This document shows, one piece after another, positions 61,843-64,000 of a stretch of 64,000 nt of DNA (positions are counted from its first letter, which is position 1; each line of letters begins with the position of its first letter). The notes below the pieces were generated by a model. The model was not told the origin of the DNA, searched no databases, and saw nothing but the letters and a program-made list of their open reading frames with translations. A program made the position numbers and the translations under genes. This stretch comes from Minisyncoccota bacterium (GTDB lineage: Bacteria > Patescibacteriota > Minisyncoccia > UBA6257 > UBA9933), in NCBI GenBank assembly GCA_041653755.1, contig JBAZEU010000001.1, positions 65,398-129,397 of the forward strand. Direction: 5' to 3'.

Positions 61843-63243
61843 ATGAATTTTTCTAAATCACACAAAGGTTTCACCCTCATAGAACTTCTAATCGTGATAG
61901 GTATCGTAGCAGTTCTAGCCGTCGTCGTCTTAACAGTTCTCAATCCAGTAGAATTCCTCAAAAAATCAAGAGACAGTAGAAGGATGGTAGACCTCCAGAC
62001 CTTGGATAAAGCCCTCAGGTTAGCTGATTTTGACAATATCTCCATGGGAACAGCTAATGTGGTATATGTTTCCATTCCTGACGACACAAGTGCCACTTCC
62101 ACCTGTCCTACTCTATCCTTACCAGCTTTACCAGGAGGCTGGACTTATCAATGCTCTAATACCGCTAACTACCGTAAAGCTGACGGCACTGGCTGGGTAC
62201 CGGTTAACTTCACAACCCTTACTACGGCTCCCAATCCTTTAACCCTCTTACCAGTTGATCCCACCAATTCTACCTCTACCAATCTTTACTATTCATATGT
62301 TAGTGGTAGTTGGGAACTTACCGCCTTATTCGAAACTACTGGTTACCAAACCAAATACGCAACCACTGACAACGGAACTTCCACTGTCCTATTTGAAGTG
62401 GGCAACCATCTTAAGATTACCCCTAATGCTATTGCCAGTAGATCCAATGTTGGAGGAGGGGGAGGACAGCAAACATCTGTTCCGACTTTAACCACGAGTG
62501 CTGCCACCAACGTTCAATCAACTTCAGCTACTTTAAATGGTTCTATCACAGCTGAAGGGGGAGCTTCTTCTACGATAGTTGGTTTTCAATACGGCTTAAC
62601 TACAAGTTACGGCACAGAGGTTACTTCTACTTACTCGGGAGGAACTGGAAGTTTTTCTCAAGGTATCACAGGCCTAACGGGAAGTACGACTTACCATTTC
62701 AAAGCTGAAGCTAGAAATTCAGCTGGTTGGGGTTATGGAAGTGATAATGTTTTGACTACGAGTGCTCCTGCTTTCTGTACCCAGAACAGCGATAAAAACA
62801 CAAGTACTACCATAAGTGGAGATAAGGTTTATTGTGATAATAGTTTGAGAATGTGGACGCCAACTGTCATACCTGGCGGGACATTAACAGCAAAGACTTG
62901 GGGTCCAAACCCTGGTAGTGCAGGCGGCTCTTGTATTGGTCTTGGTTCAAGCTATCCTGCCTGCAATTATTGTGATACTTTAACTTATGCTGGACTTACT
63001 GGCTGGCAGTTACCTACTAAAGACGTTTTAACGAGCTTTTGGACAACCCCCTGCGGTAGTGCCTCTTGCGGTTCAGGAAACGCTGGAATAAGTTGGGATA
63101 CAAACGCTCAAGCCACCTACTATTGGTCGTCTACTGAGTACAGTAGCAACGGCGCCTGGGACGTGAATTTCATCAGTGGCAACGTGAGCAACGCCCCTAA
63201 GTCCTGCAGCAGTTGCTACGTTCGTTGTGTTCGCGGGCAATAG
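61843..63243 (+). CDS. Type IV pilin-like protein with FN3-like and C-terminal CLec (DUF1566/Lcl) domain
   Basis: KGFTLIELLIVI prepilin motif, RDSRR..DL, ATLNGSI/GL...TTYHF FN3 motif, GWQLPT, YWSSTE..AW.V.F..G....YVRCVR. Confidence 0.88.
   Translation: MNFSKSHKGFTLIELLIVIGIVAVLAVVVLTVLNPVEFLKKSRDSRRMVDLQTLDKALRLADFDNISMGTANVVYVSIPDDTSATSTCPTLSLPALPGGWTYQCSNTANYRKADGTGWVPVNFTTLTTAPNPLTLLPVDPTNSTSTNLYYSYVSGSWELTALFETTGYQTKYATTDNGTSTVLFEVGNHLKITPNAIASRSNVGGGGGQQTSVPTLTTSAATNVQSTSATLNGSITAEGGASSTIVGFQYGLTTSYGTEVTSTYSGGTGSFSQGITGLTGSTTYHFKAEARNSAGWGYGSDNVLTTSAPAFCTQNSDKNTSTTISGDKVYCDNSLRMWTPTVIPGGTLTAKTWGPNPGSAGGSCIGLGSSYPACNYCDTLTYAGLTGWQLPTKDVLTSFWTTPCGSASCGSGNAGISWDTNAQATYYWSSTEYSSNGAWDVNFISGNVSNAPKSCSSCYVRCVRGQ
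63112..63237 (+). other. Putative DGR variable region (VR)
   Basis: Variable-position codons are all NNC/NNT between fixed tgg-tcg-tct-act-gag, gcc-tgg, gtg-aat-ttc, gtt-cgt-tgt-gtt-cgc. Confidence 0.6.
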
Positions 63244-63471
63244 ATTCCTAAGTTCCTAAAAAAAGTTTTCAACAATAAGTAGTGTAAACTTGCTTTGTAG
63301 CGCAGGTTTTCCTATCTTGATTTTCTTTCCCTAAACCGCGAAAATTAATCATAAGAAAATATATTTTCCCGGGTTAGTGGCGAAACTTTTATTCTTTATC
63401 ATACTTATCAATGTTTTCCAAGAAAAAAGTTCTAACGTCGTCCACTAGCCTGCACAGGACAGAATTAAAAA

Positions 63472-63858
63472 ATGGATAAAATTGTTATCGCGATAGTTAA
63501 AAAGGGAAAAGAAATATTGATGGTCAGGAGAAGAATAAAAGAAGGTGATTTGTATTGGCAATTTCCTGGCGGCGCTTTAGAAAATAATGAATCGGAGCAA
63601 CAAGCTGTTGAACGAGAAGTGTTCGAAGAAGCTAATATTAAATGCAAGGCCATAAAAAAGTTAGGCGAAAGATTACATCCGACAACTTCTAAGCTAATAA
63701 GCTATTGGGTCTGCGAATATGTTTCGGGAGAGATAAAGGTTAAAGATTCAGATGAATTAGATAAAGTCGAATGGATGGGCCCGAACGAAATTTTGAATAA
63801 CGTTACCAGCGAGATTTTCGTACCAGTAAAAGAATATATCTTAAATATTAAAGAATAG
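63472..63858 (+). CDS. NUDIX hydrolase (MutT-like)
   Basis: WQFPGG.LE..ES..QAVEREVFEE. Confidence 0.9.
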   Translation: MDKIVIAIVKKGKEILMVRRRIKEGDLYWQFPGGALENNESEQQAVEREVFEEANIKCKAIKKLGERLHPTTSKLISYWVCEYVSGEIKVKDSDELDKVEWMGPNEILNNVTSEIFVPVKEYILNIKE

Positions 63859-63878
63859 ATTATTCAGATTTTTTCACC

Positions 63879-63928
63879 TTGACGGTTTAAGGTATTTTTG
63901 TTATGTTTCGGTCAGATTTTTAATAACC
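63879..63928 (+). promoter_or_regulatory. Promoter/leader of a further cassette running off the window
   Basis: TTGACG-17 nt-TATGTT then TCGGTCAGATTTTTAATAACC, similar to 17487-17508. Confidence 0.55.
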
Positions 63929-64000
63929 TACAAACTTTCTTTTATAGGGCAAATTTGTCCTTAACATTCCGTTGAGGCCAGATAAAACCTTATAAAGGGA

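Noticed and set aside
63284-63310. Weak hairpin after the pilin as the DGR cis-acting stem-loop
   Set aside because: Imperfect and about 40 nt from the stop; it cannot be assigned without the template.
58907-64000. Direct repeat of the tRNA-Tyr 3' end (second att site)
   Set aside because: No convincing match found by eye, so the island boundary and whether it includes the pilin remain undefined.

Overview
This window looks like chromosome from a Patescibacteria (CPR, Parcubacteria-like) bacterium using genetic code 11. The assignment rests on the 16S sequence and gene content. In order it contains: a 15.5 kb surface-glycan cluster (WbpA/B/D/E/I-like diacetamido-uronic acid pathway, PglC/PglF-like genes); a PaaX-N/DinD fusion; glycolytic genes; a standalone 16S rRNA gene lacking the anti-Shine-Dalgarno tail; secDF, a VirD4/TraG-like ATPase, split comEC and an archaeal-type AspRS; iscS-iscU-mnmA; translation genes; tRNA-Pro and tRNA-Tyr; and a serine-recombinase island at tRNA-Tyr followed by a type IV pilin-like gene. 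Five observations stand out. (1) The pilin ends in a CLec/DUF1566 domain whose last ~130 nt have the codon signature of a diversity-generating retroelement variable region, with no template or RT in the window. (2) Three families of short palindromes plus a heptamer repeat are inserted in frame in housekeeping genes. (3) Core genes appear leaderless, while orphan cassettes carry strong SD motifs that the 16S here cannot pair with. (4) A ~120-nt rod-shaped ncRNA candidate lies downstream of aspS. (5) RF1 lacks domain 1. All calls come from motif recognition by eye; no searches were run.
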